Of a stretch of DNA of 64,000 bases, positions 39,101-51,100 are shown piece after piece. The notes below the pieces were generated by a model. The model was not told the origin of the DNA. It saw nothing but the letters and a program-made list of their open reading frames with translations, and did no database searches. Positions within the stretch are counted from its first letter, which is position 1; each line of letters starts with the position of its first letter. Origin of the DNA: Euglena gracilis (taxonomy: Eukaryota); the NCBI GenBank assembly GCA_039621445.1, contig CP154954.1:32837455-32901454 (forward strand). The letters are read 5' to 3'. A program made the translations under genes and the position numbers.

Positions 39101-42100
39101 AAGTTTTCAGCTTGGTGTTTTGCACATGTGCAAAATTGGATTATATTGAGGTTTCACATGAGCATTTTGGTCCGAAAATCCCCCCAAAATGAGGCTTATC
39201 ATCATTTCATGCTTGAAAATAGGATTTCAGCAGTTCCCCCTCACCAGAAAGGCCTTGAAATTGGGGGGGGGTTCTTTTGGATTTTTTGCTTGGTGGGCCC
39301 GTGGGTGGCCTTCTTCTTTGGAGGAGCTTGGTTCATACATCTCTTTAAGGACCCCGGGGGGGGTTGCTGGGCTAGGGCTAGAAATTTGGGCTGGCTGGGG
39401 GGGGGGCGGGCTGGACCCCGGCTGGACCCGAACCGGGGCGAGCTGGACTGAAATCGGAAAAATGTCCAAAAATGACCTGCAGAACACAGTTTTGAAAAAA
39501 TGATGCATCTGAAACCCCCCAAAAATGCCCCAAACACCCCCCAAACCCCATTTTTGGCCACTTTTGAACACAGTTTTTCAAAAAATTTCGGCGCTTCGTG
39601 CCGAAAATTTTTGGGCTGGACCCCCAAAAAAGGGGCTGGCTAGCTGGGCTAGCAGCAACCCCCCCCCCGGGGGGGGTGCTGCTGCGGCTGGGCTGGGCCC
39701 AAATCGGGGCTGGCTGCAGCCGCCCCCCCCCCGGGGGGGGTTCGCAAAACCTTAGAGAGATGTATGGCTTGGTTAGCACAAATACTGACACAAAATCCAT
39801 CCTCCTGATCGTCGACATTATCCTGCCTATAAATAAAGAAACTTGAAGTGGAAAAGCTTGGAACGAGGCTTCCACAGAGAAGAGGGAGGAAATTGGGATC
39901 AAATCGAGGCGACTTGTTTTGTTGATTGCAGGATGGAATGGCAGAGGGGCCCACCCAAGCAGAGCGGCAGACTCAGCAGCGCCCCCTCGGCCGCTTTCAG
40001 GTGCATGTGTTTCCCACGATGACCGCACTGGATGGCGCTTGCAGGGCGGCAATGCCGCGGGGAGACACGCTTCAGGGGAAGCGGGAAGCGGAAGCGTTTG
40101 TGGTGTGGGGGATGTCCCTTTTCTCCAAACGTTGAGAACTGGGTTTACCGGGAATGATGGCTGCAGAGCCACTCCATTTTGGAGAGGGGCCGTTCAGCGA
40201 AAAAAAAATCTGTCCCGTGGCTGAATGGGGAACCATGGCGCCTGCCGACCCTTCGGGTGAGTCTTACTGCTACCGTTCTGGTGAGTCTTACTGCTGCCCT
40301 TCTGGTGAGGAGTCTTGAGGACACTTTTACACGACGAATCCGCCTGTGCTGTGGTCCAGCCCCGAGGCACGGTGGAGCTTTCGGCCGCCCTTCTCGCCGG
40401 CCGCTCTGCTGCCGCCCTGGGGGTGCTCCAGCCGCGGCAGGCTGTGGGCAGGTTCACACGCCGGCAGCAGCGCCCGCAGCAGGCGGTCCAGGGACCGGCA
40501 CTGCTCCTTCAGCAGGCCGAAGTGGAGGGCCCCGATCTCGCGAACCCACTGCAGGGGGTGGGCGGGGCGGTCCTAAAAAACCCTGTCCCGGCACAGTGGA
40601 AAAGATGGCCGTGGATGCGAACGTTCTGGCAAAACCGTGTTGACAGTGGCGACTGGGGCCGGTGATGCCAACAGGTTTTGTTCTGCACATCGAGAAAAAC
40701 CTTCTCATTAGACGCCAGAAGGAATCAAAGGTATAAAATTAAGCACATGGACCAAAAGAACAAAAGGGTGGATTCCACCGAAGCTGGGTTGGAGGGACAG
40801 CAAAATGCTGCGCACTTGCGCAACGGCCACACACAAATGCTTAAAAACGAGTTCCTCAGTTACCGAGGCCCGGAACAGTTTCAGCCAATGCCTGCTTCAA
40901 CACCAAAGAGAAATAACTCCCAGGGAACGAAAGGGGTGACCCAAGAACTGGGGCGAATTTCGCCCTCGCGGAGGGGGAATCCTGTTTCACTGGGAAGAAA
41001 CGAAATCACCCGAGACCAAAGACCCACACTCAGAGAACAAAGCGTGCCTTCTGTTTTCACCCGATGCCTGTTTTTTGGGGGTGGTCGCAGCAGCATGGGA
41101 CAAACACCGGGCATGCCAGATGACTCCTGGGAAGACCCGCATCACCGCACACCTCCGCCATCGAGGCCTCCCCCTGGGCCTGCAGTTGCCGACAAGGCTG
41201 TGTGGATGGGGGGTCAGATCCCCCCACCACCACAGCACCGTGCAGGAGAAAATTCCTTCGGCGCCGAAAGAAAAATTTGCTGCTTTTTAACCTGGTGGTG
41301 GTGGGGGGGGTCCACTCCCCACCACAGGATTGAGGGGGTTGACCCCCCCTCTCCCCCCACCATAGGGTTTCGAGGAGTCCCCCACAGCCCTGGGTGCAGG
41401 GCGAGGGAATTGAGGGTGGAGAGGTGCCGCTCGTACTGCTGCTCGTGCCGCCGATCGATGGCCGCCCGGGTGGGCAGCTGCAGCGCGATCTGCTTCGCCT
41501 GATTGGGGGGGGGGGTTGAGGAACGGAAGGTTTGAGGGCAGGCGTGGGCAGCTGCACTTCGAAACGAACCTGGTTGGACTCAACTGCGGGATTTGACTCA
41601 TCCTTTAGGGAAGTGTGAAGGATTTCGAATGAGGGAGAGGACTTATTTTGCTTTTGGCAGGTGGGGGGAAAGTGCGCTGGCCCAGCGTCGGAAAAAAATG
41701 CGTATGGGTTTGCCGCCCAAATATAAAGCCCCCCCTGCTGGGAAGCCAGACGATGATGTCATTCAGGAAAAGTTGAAAAATTTTAGGTGGATGCAGCATT
41801 TTTTTTTCACCAAAAATGCTTCATTTTGGATAATAATTGCCCATTTTTGCGGAAAATGGGAGGTACAAAACGGAAATTTGGAATAAACTTAGTATTTTTC
41901 CACAATTAAAGGCCGCCGAAGGTCATAGAGGCCATCCAAATAAAGTTTGTTCCCCCCCCCCCAAATATAAAGCCCCCCCCCTGAGGGTTGAAATCCCGTC
42001 AAAATATAAAGCCGGGGGTCTTATATTTGGGGGGTTTTTACTTTTTTTTCGCCACAGGCCAGCTATCGTCATGAGCTGACTCCCCCCCTCCAACTGGCTT

Positions 42101-45100
42101 GAACAAACAGCACGCTGGAATGGGGGTTGGACCTTTCCTTCGAGCCGGCACACGAGGTTGCCGTACAGCCACGGATGTCGACTGGCTTCCAGCAACGTGG
42201 AGGCGAGGCACTTGGCCACGCGCCGCAAGCGGAATGCCTGTTTGTGGGGGCAGGCGCTGGCCAATGCCCGGGGCAGTAATGTGACGATAGCTTTGTCACC
42301 ATATGCACATACATACACAGATACACGCGCCACAGCATCACATCATGTATCTTGGGGGACAAGGGCGCCACGGACGGGATTTTTCTTTTTCGGGTTCACC
42401 CCAACACCCCTGACTAAGGCTAGTGGGGGCGCCAATTTTTGCTATATGGACAAATTGAACTGCCCATCATTTTCTGAAATCGAAATATTCCCATCATTTT
42501 CCCCCTGTCATTCCCCCCCCCTGTCATTTTTGTCTGGGATGTAAGACCGAGAAACGCGCGATCTGCCCCCTCCACCCACTTTTGATCCAGAATAGGATTC
42601 TCAGAGGATTCTACAGGCAGGGAGCACACCTCTTCACCGTTGCGGAACCGCGACCACACCCACCAGGCCCGGAAGGGGTTGGCGGTGACTGGGGCCAGGG
42701 CCACCGATGGGGTTCGCAAGCAGTGCATGTCCCGGGTGACTCTCAAAAATGCACCACACTCCACAGGACTTTATGCTTCGGAGCCACTCCCAGGAGGCCA
42801 CCTTTTCCTGTCTGGGGAATAATGCTTTGCCTGTCGTCTGCAAGAAGGACTCCGCCTCAGGACCAATTTTTTACGTTCGATGGGTGCGAACATCCAAACA
42901 AGTGGTAGACACAAACGGCGTCGACTGACCATGTCTGCAAGATTGTTGGTGACCCCCCCAATCACTTTGCAGTGCCCTGAAACTTTGCGTGCCCAAATAA
43001 CTCTGCAGACGGGAAGCCAAAAAGGATCCTTTTTGGAGAATCAGGAGAAGGTTAGAGCAAAAATCATCCCAAACGCCACAATGTTCTGTTGTCTGATGAC
43101 TGGAAGCATTAAATTGTGTCACAATTCTTAAACAAAACAGAATTTGGCCACAATTTGCTTTGGGAAAAGTGGTCAATCAACCCATCAATGGTGTTGGCTA
43201 CTGCTCAAATATCGTTGCAGGGGGTCCGGCCGAAAAAGATCGGTCTACTAACTTTAAGCGTAGTTTATGTAATAGTTTCATCCTTTTTTTCGGCTCCACG
43301 AGGTGGCCAGCCATTTCAGCACACATTGCACCCTGCCGAGCCCATTTGAGGTGTATGGCAGGTGGCATGGTGTATGCCAACTTAGGTGGGGCGAACCGAA
43401 ATCCCTTAGAACCGACTGTGCGCCGTCCCGCAGCCTGTGCTGTGCCGGTGACGTGCGGGGGAGCGGCAGGGTTCAGGGTAGCCAGGTGGGCCTGTGCAAC
43501 AGCAGCCCAAAGACCGCAACCACGTCCAGCAGCAGCTCCATCACCTCTGCGGCAGGCGTCATTTTTTTCAGGCGCCTTTACAAAGCTTCAAAAAACGATC
43601 TAAAAAATCAAAATTAAAAAAAAGGCAAACATGACTGAAAATAACATAAAAAAATCTTGAACAATTAGGCTGGCAAAATTTTTCTTCGACCGAGGAAAAT
43701 GAAGTCGAATATCTCGGCAAAAACAAGCCAACTCCAGGGGAAAAATTGGATTCTGGCATCGCTAGAAGATTCTCTCTGCTGAAACTCAAAAAAATGGGGT
43801 TTCGTTTTTTTTTATTTTGGACGCCATTTGGAACCCGGATGGCTCTTGAACCGCCGTTGGAAAACCAAACTTCGAAAATTGTAAAAAACTTAAAAAAGAA
43901 CTTAAAACGCCAGAAGAAACATCAAAAAAACTAAAAACTTAAAAATTTATCGCCTCAAAAAAACAACGCCTGCGCCGCGGCGACCTCCCGCCGGAACACG
44001 TCGCACAGCCGGGTGGTGGGGCGGGGGCCAGCCCCGGCCTGCGGCGGCAGCGAGTACGCCAGCGGCCGCTGCTCCCGCGCCGCGGCCAGGTAGGCCTGGA
44101 CTGTGAACCGCACCGCCAGCAGCGTGCCCTGCGGGGCAGCACGGGCGAAAGAGGGCCAGGGCGTGTCATTGGGGTGGCCGCCGGGGAGGGGGCCATGGGC
44201 GGGCACCCATTCTTTACTTGTGCACGGACCAGGGGGGCACAGGATCTGCCCCTTTTCACACTCTTCTGAGGCATTTGCAGTCCGGACAAAAACAACAGAA
44301 ACACCCAATATTCCCCGTCATTTTTCTCGTTGTTTTCCCCCCCGTACCTTTTCTGCACCCTTTGGAGGAGCCAGTTTCAGTGGTGCTCGAGTTTCACACA
44401 CGCAAAAAAAACTGGGTTATGATGAATTCCTTTTTGGGTTTGTTTTGTGATGAAGAATAACAAAAAACACCACTAGAAGACGTGTTGAATTCTCTCATCG
44501 TTGATTTTGCCAAGATTGGGATTTTCCTCATCATTATTTCCTGTCATTTTCCCCCATCATTTAGTTTGCCATCATTTGCCGGACTATGGACGAACAAGTA
44601 ACACACAATGCTCTGTGTTGCGTTTACCTTTTGTTCACCGCCCCCCCCCCCCAAACGTGGACCCCAGGAGAAACCTTATAAAACTTATTTCAAAACGCCG
44701 TTTAAACACTTTCAGAGCTGACTATTTCCAATGAAATCTTTGGCTGGACACATACCCAGTCCACCTGCACGCAATCCATTGGGGGTGTGGCTCAGGTGGG
44801 GACCACCTACGGTCCCTCACCCTCCCTTGAAAAAAAAGCCCCTTTTCCTTCATCGAAAGAAAAAGGAACAAATGGGACTGCCACTCACCAATTGAGTTCT
44901 GTGACAGGTTGGCCAGATCATTCCACTCCCAAAAGGAAGCAAAACGATGTCCATGCGCGCAATTGCGGACACACAAGCCAATCAAATCTAACCAACAACC
45001 TCTTATCCTCTGTTTGGCGCGGGAACATTGAACGAACCGTGGTTTTGAAAAAGTTTGTATTGGCACTTTGGCAATGGTAAAAAAAAGTTTGTATTGGCAT

Positions 45101-48100
45101 TTGTACTTTGTATTGGCAGCAACTCTGTTAAAACATGCGTTTCGAGATGTGTGAGCTTGATACACACTGCAGACTGCGAAACTATTCCCAGACACACCTG
45201 CCCGCTGCCGTACCGCACCTCCAATTGAACAATGGGGTTGTGGCAGGTCCCATATTCCAAATTCCGTGCGCCAGAACCCAAACCGGCAGTCATCCAGCTC
45301 TGTGGGGAACCCCTGGGTGAAGAAAATGGCGGGCAAAGCTCAGGAGAGCGTCGACTTCGAAGCCTGATGTTCATCAGAAAAAGATGGCACCAAAGGGGGG
45401 GATTTCCTTTTGTTTGTTTTTTTTTTGAAGAGGAAAGCTTTAAAAAGTATTTGCCTCAAAGAATTTGGATTTGGAATCAGCTGTTTGGGTTGGGCGCTGG
45501 TGGCCTCCACCCGATGGAGGAGGACGCCAGAACGTTCGGAGGGTGAAACGGCTGGTTTTCTGGTTCCTTTCCTCCTCCGGACAGAACCCTCCCCCCAACT
45601 ATAAGTCCTCCCGGGTTTGCTGTTCAATCACAGTACAGTGTGGAAAGCCTGTGGGGGCGTCTTCTATTCTGCTTTGGCCAAATGGCCTGGGGCCGGTCTG
45701 GGGATCAAACAAAAATTAAAAAAAAGCCAAAAAATGTATCTTTTGAACTTTTGGGTGGATGGGCGTTGGTCCAAGGATATCCGGTTTCAACTTTTTTCCC
45801 TTTGTCGGCTAGACATTGTAAGTTTTCCCTTCATTTCTGTCCGATTTTCGGCCCAATGCACTGGGCCGCCCTGGAGGGGGCTGTTATTTGGATTTTTTTT
45901 TGCGGGAAACCCGAGGGAGGGGGCTTCTAATTGGGAACTTCTCTCCGTCGATGCAGCAGCACATGGCCTGGGCGGATCGTTCCAGCTTGGACAGCACGTC
46001 GTAGAAGGTGTGTCTGAGGCAGGAGGCGGGTGCACGGGGGCAAATACATAGCGACAGCCCCAGGAAAAGAAAAATGTCAGGGGACAGGTGACAGGGCTTC
46101 TTCCACGCCCGCCAGGCGTTCCGGACAACCCCCAGAATTTCACGGGGTTGGCTGAAAGCACCAGAAACGTCAGGGTAAAGAGTCCGGAGTGCTCCCTCAA
46201 AGCCCGAAAGTGGAATTGACATCCGACGCTGCGACGAAATTTTTATGAATCAGCAGAACCCCTGAGGCAGGGCGGTTTTCAAAAGTTGAAAAAAAAACCT
46301 CCAAATCCCAGCACATTCAATGAAAAATCCACCAGATGAATGGAAGAATGGCTGTGCAGCTATATTAGGCTAAAATAGGTCGACTTCACGGGAAAAAATA
46401 CTTCTGGCATCCTTGGACGATCGCCCGTCCACCAAAAACATCAAAAGATGTATTATTTGAGCTAAAACTTTTCGACACCGTTCCACATCTGGACCAGTCA
46501 TTGGCTGGGTATTAAGCCTAAGGGCGGTTTGGAGGGGAAAAAAGAATCCTGTCCCTTATTGACCAAAAAAAAACACCCCCCACCACCCGCAGTTCTTGAA
46601 AGCAGAGGGGACACTTCAGTTGCCAGGCATGGCGGGGGCGGGTACCGGCTCATTGGAAGCTTGACCACCGTGGCCACCGTGGCGCTGCCCGCCACGAAGT
46701 CGCCGGCGCAGACGTACTTCGGGCACAGCTTGAGGGGCAGGAACGCCCGCAGTATAGTCGGGTAGTACCCCAGGAGGCCCAGCCGATGCCAGAGGCCCCG
46801 GTTGGCGGCCTGCGCACAAAATACCGTTCGGGTTTTACCGACCCGCTTTGACGAGGTCATTTGGGGCACAAAAATTTTCTGCGTTTTGCATTGAAATTAA
46901 GAATCCCCTTCTGAGGGAGTACCGACTCGGCCCGAACCCTCAGCTGGGGTTGCTGCCCCCCCCCCTTCCCCTGGGTCGGAAACTTTGAAAAAAACCTCCG
47001 GGTTCAACGGGCATTGGAATCAGGGCGCTGAAGAGCAGTGGACAGAGGGGCACACGTCGTCGAGGTGGAGGTAGCTGGACTGGAAGGCCAGCCCCGGGGG
47101 CTTGGAGGCCGTCAGGAAGAGGCGGGGGCACTTCCCCTCGACGCAGGTCGGGGGCTCCGGGCGGAGCTCGACCCGGTCCAGCTGGGGCGTGGGGTCGGCG
47201 GTGCCTCGGGTGCGGCGGGCCAGCGTCCGCGCCAACCGCACGAAATAAAACCTGCGGGTGTGGGGGGTACAGCGGTCTCAAGCGCAGGCAGCAACTGTGC
47301 CGTGGTCAAGGGTTCAATGCTGGGGAAAGTCAGCGTTTGTTAGTGGTTGGCTGGCTCCGTGGCTTGGGCACCCGTCTCACTGGGGGTGTTTCCTGGGCCG
47401 AAAGAATAGACCCAGGGCGGGGGGCAATGCCTTAACGCCCCCCCCTCCAGTTGTGTCTAGAGCTGTCTGACATCCTTGGGTCACCTGCAGTGCAAAGGGA
47501 AGGGCCCAGGGAGAGGCAGGGCAGACCGGGAAGACCTGGTGGGGGGGGTGGTCGACCCCCCCCCCCACCACAGCATTTTCAGTGATTTCGGGAAAACAGG
47601 GATATTGGCCGGGAAGATTTTTGAAATTTTTTTTGAAAAATGAACCCAAAACGCATGATTTTTTGATGGAAAACCACATTTTTCACAAAAAATCTCAAAA
47701 TTTTCGTCCTAAAAACTGGTACTTTTTAGGAGGGGGGTGAAAAAAACGAAGGTCAAAAAAAGTGGACAAAATTTTGGCACAGTCAAATTTTACTGACAAT
47801 TTTTCTCGTTGAACTTTTTTGGACTTTCAATGGCATTTTTTTGCTTCAAAAACCTCTCAAAATCAACATTTTGAGAAAATGTTGAGGTTTTGGAAGGTGT
47901 GAAAAAATGGGGGTTTGGGTGGTTTTTGGGGGGACCCCCGATATGGGTCCCAAAATGGGTCAAAAAACCACCCGGCGCCGAAGGCACCGGAAAATTTTTT
48001 TAGGGTCCAAAAATTGGTGCTCCCGGAAATACGGGAAGAGGTGGTGGGGGGGTCGACCCCCCCCCCCCCACCCACCATGCAGGGGGTGGGGGGAGGGGGT

Positions 48101-51100
48101 GGTCGACAGGCATTATTATTTTTTAAGGCGCCTTAAAAAACCTTAAAAACCTTAAAAACCTTTAAAAAATCACCCCGGGGAAGTTTTTCTTCCCTGTGAT
48201 GACCTTAAAAAACCTTAAAAATTATCCCTGAGAAAATTTTTTCTTTCACCAAACAAATAATGGCATGTCTGAAACCCCGCATAAAGCCAGTCAATGCAGA
48301 AGCAGTTGTGAACAGGCTTCTTTTTAAGACCCCTGGGGGGGAGGGGGGGGTCCCCCCCCCACCCACCCAGGGTGGCGCGGGACCCCCCCGGGGAGGGGGG
48401 GCGGGGACCCCCCAAAATCGGGCCCGTTAAAGGCAATTTTCAAAATTTCGGCGCTTTGCGCCGAAAAGGTATACCCGGCGCCTCCGGCGCGGGACCCCCC
48501 AGGGGGGGGGTCCGGCCCAGACCCACCCACCCACCCCCCCTCCCCGGGGGGGGGGGGGCTTCTGACTAAAAAGGAGCCTGGTTGTGAACAACCAACATGA
48601 AAACCGGATTGTTCGCCAAGGTTTCTGGCACAGTTCGTTTGGCCTCGGTTCACCAAAGGCTATGACACACGGCCAGAAAAAGTAAAACTTGCAACCACAT
48701 CTTTCTTGATTTGAATTACTTGAGACATTCGTAGAGGAGTCAACCCAAATTGCTCAAAAGTGCAATTGCAGCAAAAGTTGCATGAACAACAAAAAAATAC
48801 CGATTTGGGACAATTTACTACGCTGGAGCAGTTTCCCACACTTGCCACAGCATTTCAAAAAGCGAAACAGCGCGTTCTCCAATTGAGCTGTGATTCCGCG
48901 AATTTTTCCCACTTTCTTGCCCAAGCACGCGAAAGTTTTGATCCCCGCACTCATGTGCAGCAGTTGGAAGAAAGAATTTCTCGTTTATAGCAGAAATCTT
49001 GCCATTGTGGATAAATTCCTGCTGAATTTGCAAGCTTTCACACCCAAAATCTCGAATATAGCAAGTAGGATTGAGAATTTGCAACAACAGTGGCAAAATG
49101 ACACAGTGGATATCCGAACTGCAATCGCGGATTTGCAGACCCGCAATGCGGCCGTGCACCCACACCGGATAGTCTCATTAACACCGAGAAAATAATCAAA
49201 CTTCTTCATGTGAGCAATACCAAACGCGTGCCCATGCAGTGTGCTGCCATACACATTGCTCAACAAACTCGAACTCGAACTCAAACTCGAAACCATCCAT
49301 TTTTTATTCATTGCAATTACTTTAAATTTCTGACCCTATTCAGGATATTTGCTTGCATGTTGACAATAACTGTCCCTCATGGACCGCCCTGATCCCCATC
49401 CTTCGCCCTCTCTTCCTTGGGCGTTCCGAAGCCACAGAGGAGTCTGAAGCCATTGGGCCATCTTCGGGGTCTGGCATTTTACCTGAGGAAAAAAATGCCT
49501 TAAAAAATCTTAAATTTTTTTTAAAATCCTCAAAAAACCTTAAAAACCTTAAAAAACCTTAAAAAACGCCTTAAAAAATTTGAGAAATTTCGCCTTAAAA
49601 ATAATGCCTGGTGGTCGACCCCCCCCCCCCACCCACCACCCTGGCTGTTCGGCCGATTCCCGTTCTGCCCTGGGGAGAGGGGAGACCCGGTCGGCAGCAG
49701 AGCCACAAACAGCGCCATGAAGGGCAGGTCGAAGAGCAGCCCACCGAAGTGCCGCAGGCAGACCCCCCGCCACGCGTCGCTCTCCCCCGCGGCGGCCTGG
49801 ACCACGGGGGCCGGTTGGGGGGATGGGTCAGGGTCGCGTATGAAACGAGCAAAATAATGGGGGGTGGGTCGACGTGTGTGACAGACACTCTCATTCAGAC
49901 AGAACCCAAGGTCATCTCTCTCCCTGGGTGCACCAGTTGAGAGTCAAACGGTTCATACAAAGCGTGGCCCAAGATACGGTCGTCGATATATGAACATGAT
50001 GGGTACCAAAATGGGTACCGCCAGCTTCGACCCCTGGGTTTTTTCCTGGGTGAAACGACTTTTTTCGTTTTGAAAATAGTGGTTTAGCACCTCCGCCGAC
50101 CAAGGAGAAACCCCGTATGCCAAAGGAGGTGTGACACAAAACGCTGTTTCACGAGGACGAACCCTGGTCAGGTGAAGCCGTTGTACCTGTTGCTGTCCCC
50201 CCTGTTTTGTGGTTCCCAATGAATGCGCAGGAGCGCATTCACCCCCCCTCCCCGCCCCAGCCTTTTCCTGAAGTGTTGGACGGTTATTGCGGCTCCGGGG
50301 GAAAGAGGCACTGTGGTCTCTCTGTTTAGAGTGGCGGGGACGTTCTGTGCCGTGTGTTTGAAGCAGGGCCTGGGGGGAGCGCCAGCGAATGTTTGATGTG
50401 TGCGTGTGGTGTGCATTCAGAGGGTGGCGGGGGGGGGTGTTTAAATCCACACCAGATGTTGGTGGGGGAGGGCTTGTTACCCTCCTCGGGATGCCTGCTG
50501 TTTGCATTCCACACGGCGCACTGCAGCCCTCATCCTGGGTTCACTAGGCCCTGCCCCCCGGAAGCCATCAGCACACATCGGTGAACACAAGGCACACCCA
50601 GGTCCAGGTTGGCCTACGTCGCCCGTGTTCCGCATGTCATGTGGTGTGTCGAGTGTGTGTCCAGCCGCGTACCGTACCACAGTCGTCGTGAAACAGTTGT
50701 AAACAGCATGATACGTAATTGAAGCAGTATACAAGGGGGTGGTCCCTGTGTTGTGTTAAATCCAAACAGCTCATTTTGTGGTGTTTACCCCAGTCTGGAA
50801 GAAGCACAGAACCATCCAGAATGCGCACCTGCGCACTCCGCTTCCGGAATGGGCGGATGCGCATTTTCATAAAACTGCCAGAATTTTGTGACTCAACAAG
50901 AAAAGTGCATTCCCGGCTGTCTAAGCCTTTGGCCCAAGGGTGGTTTCTAAGGGGCGGCCCTTAAAAGAAAAAAATACATTCCTGTCCCTTGTGGACCGCC
51001 TGTTTCTAAGGCTGCGAAGCATTTGTGACGTCAGTGGGGATGAGTTCCTTTATAGCAAGCATACCATCGTTGTTTACGTCCTATTTCCTCCCAAAGCGTG

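Larger units (their letters stand above)
47517..49672. mobile_element. Outer hAT-like MITE of a triple nest
   Basis: TIR CAGGGCAGACCGGGAA / TTCCCGTTCTGCCCTG. TSD GGGAGAGG at 47509-47516 and 49673-49680. A related copy lies at ~1900-2321. Confidence 0.85.
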
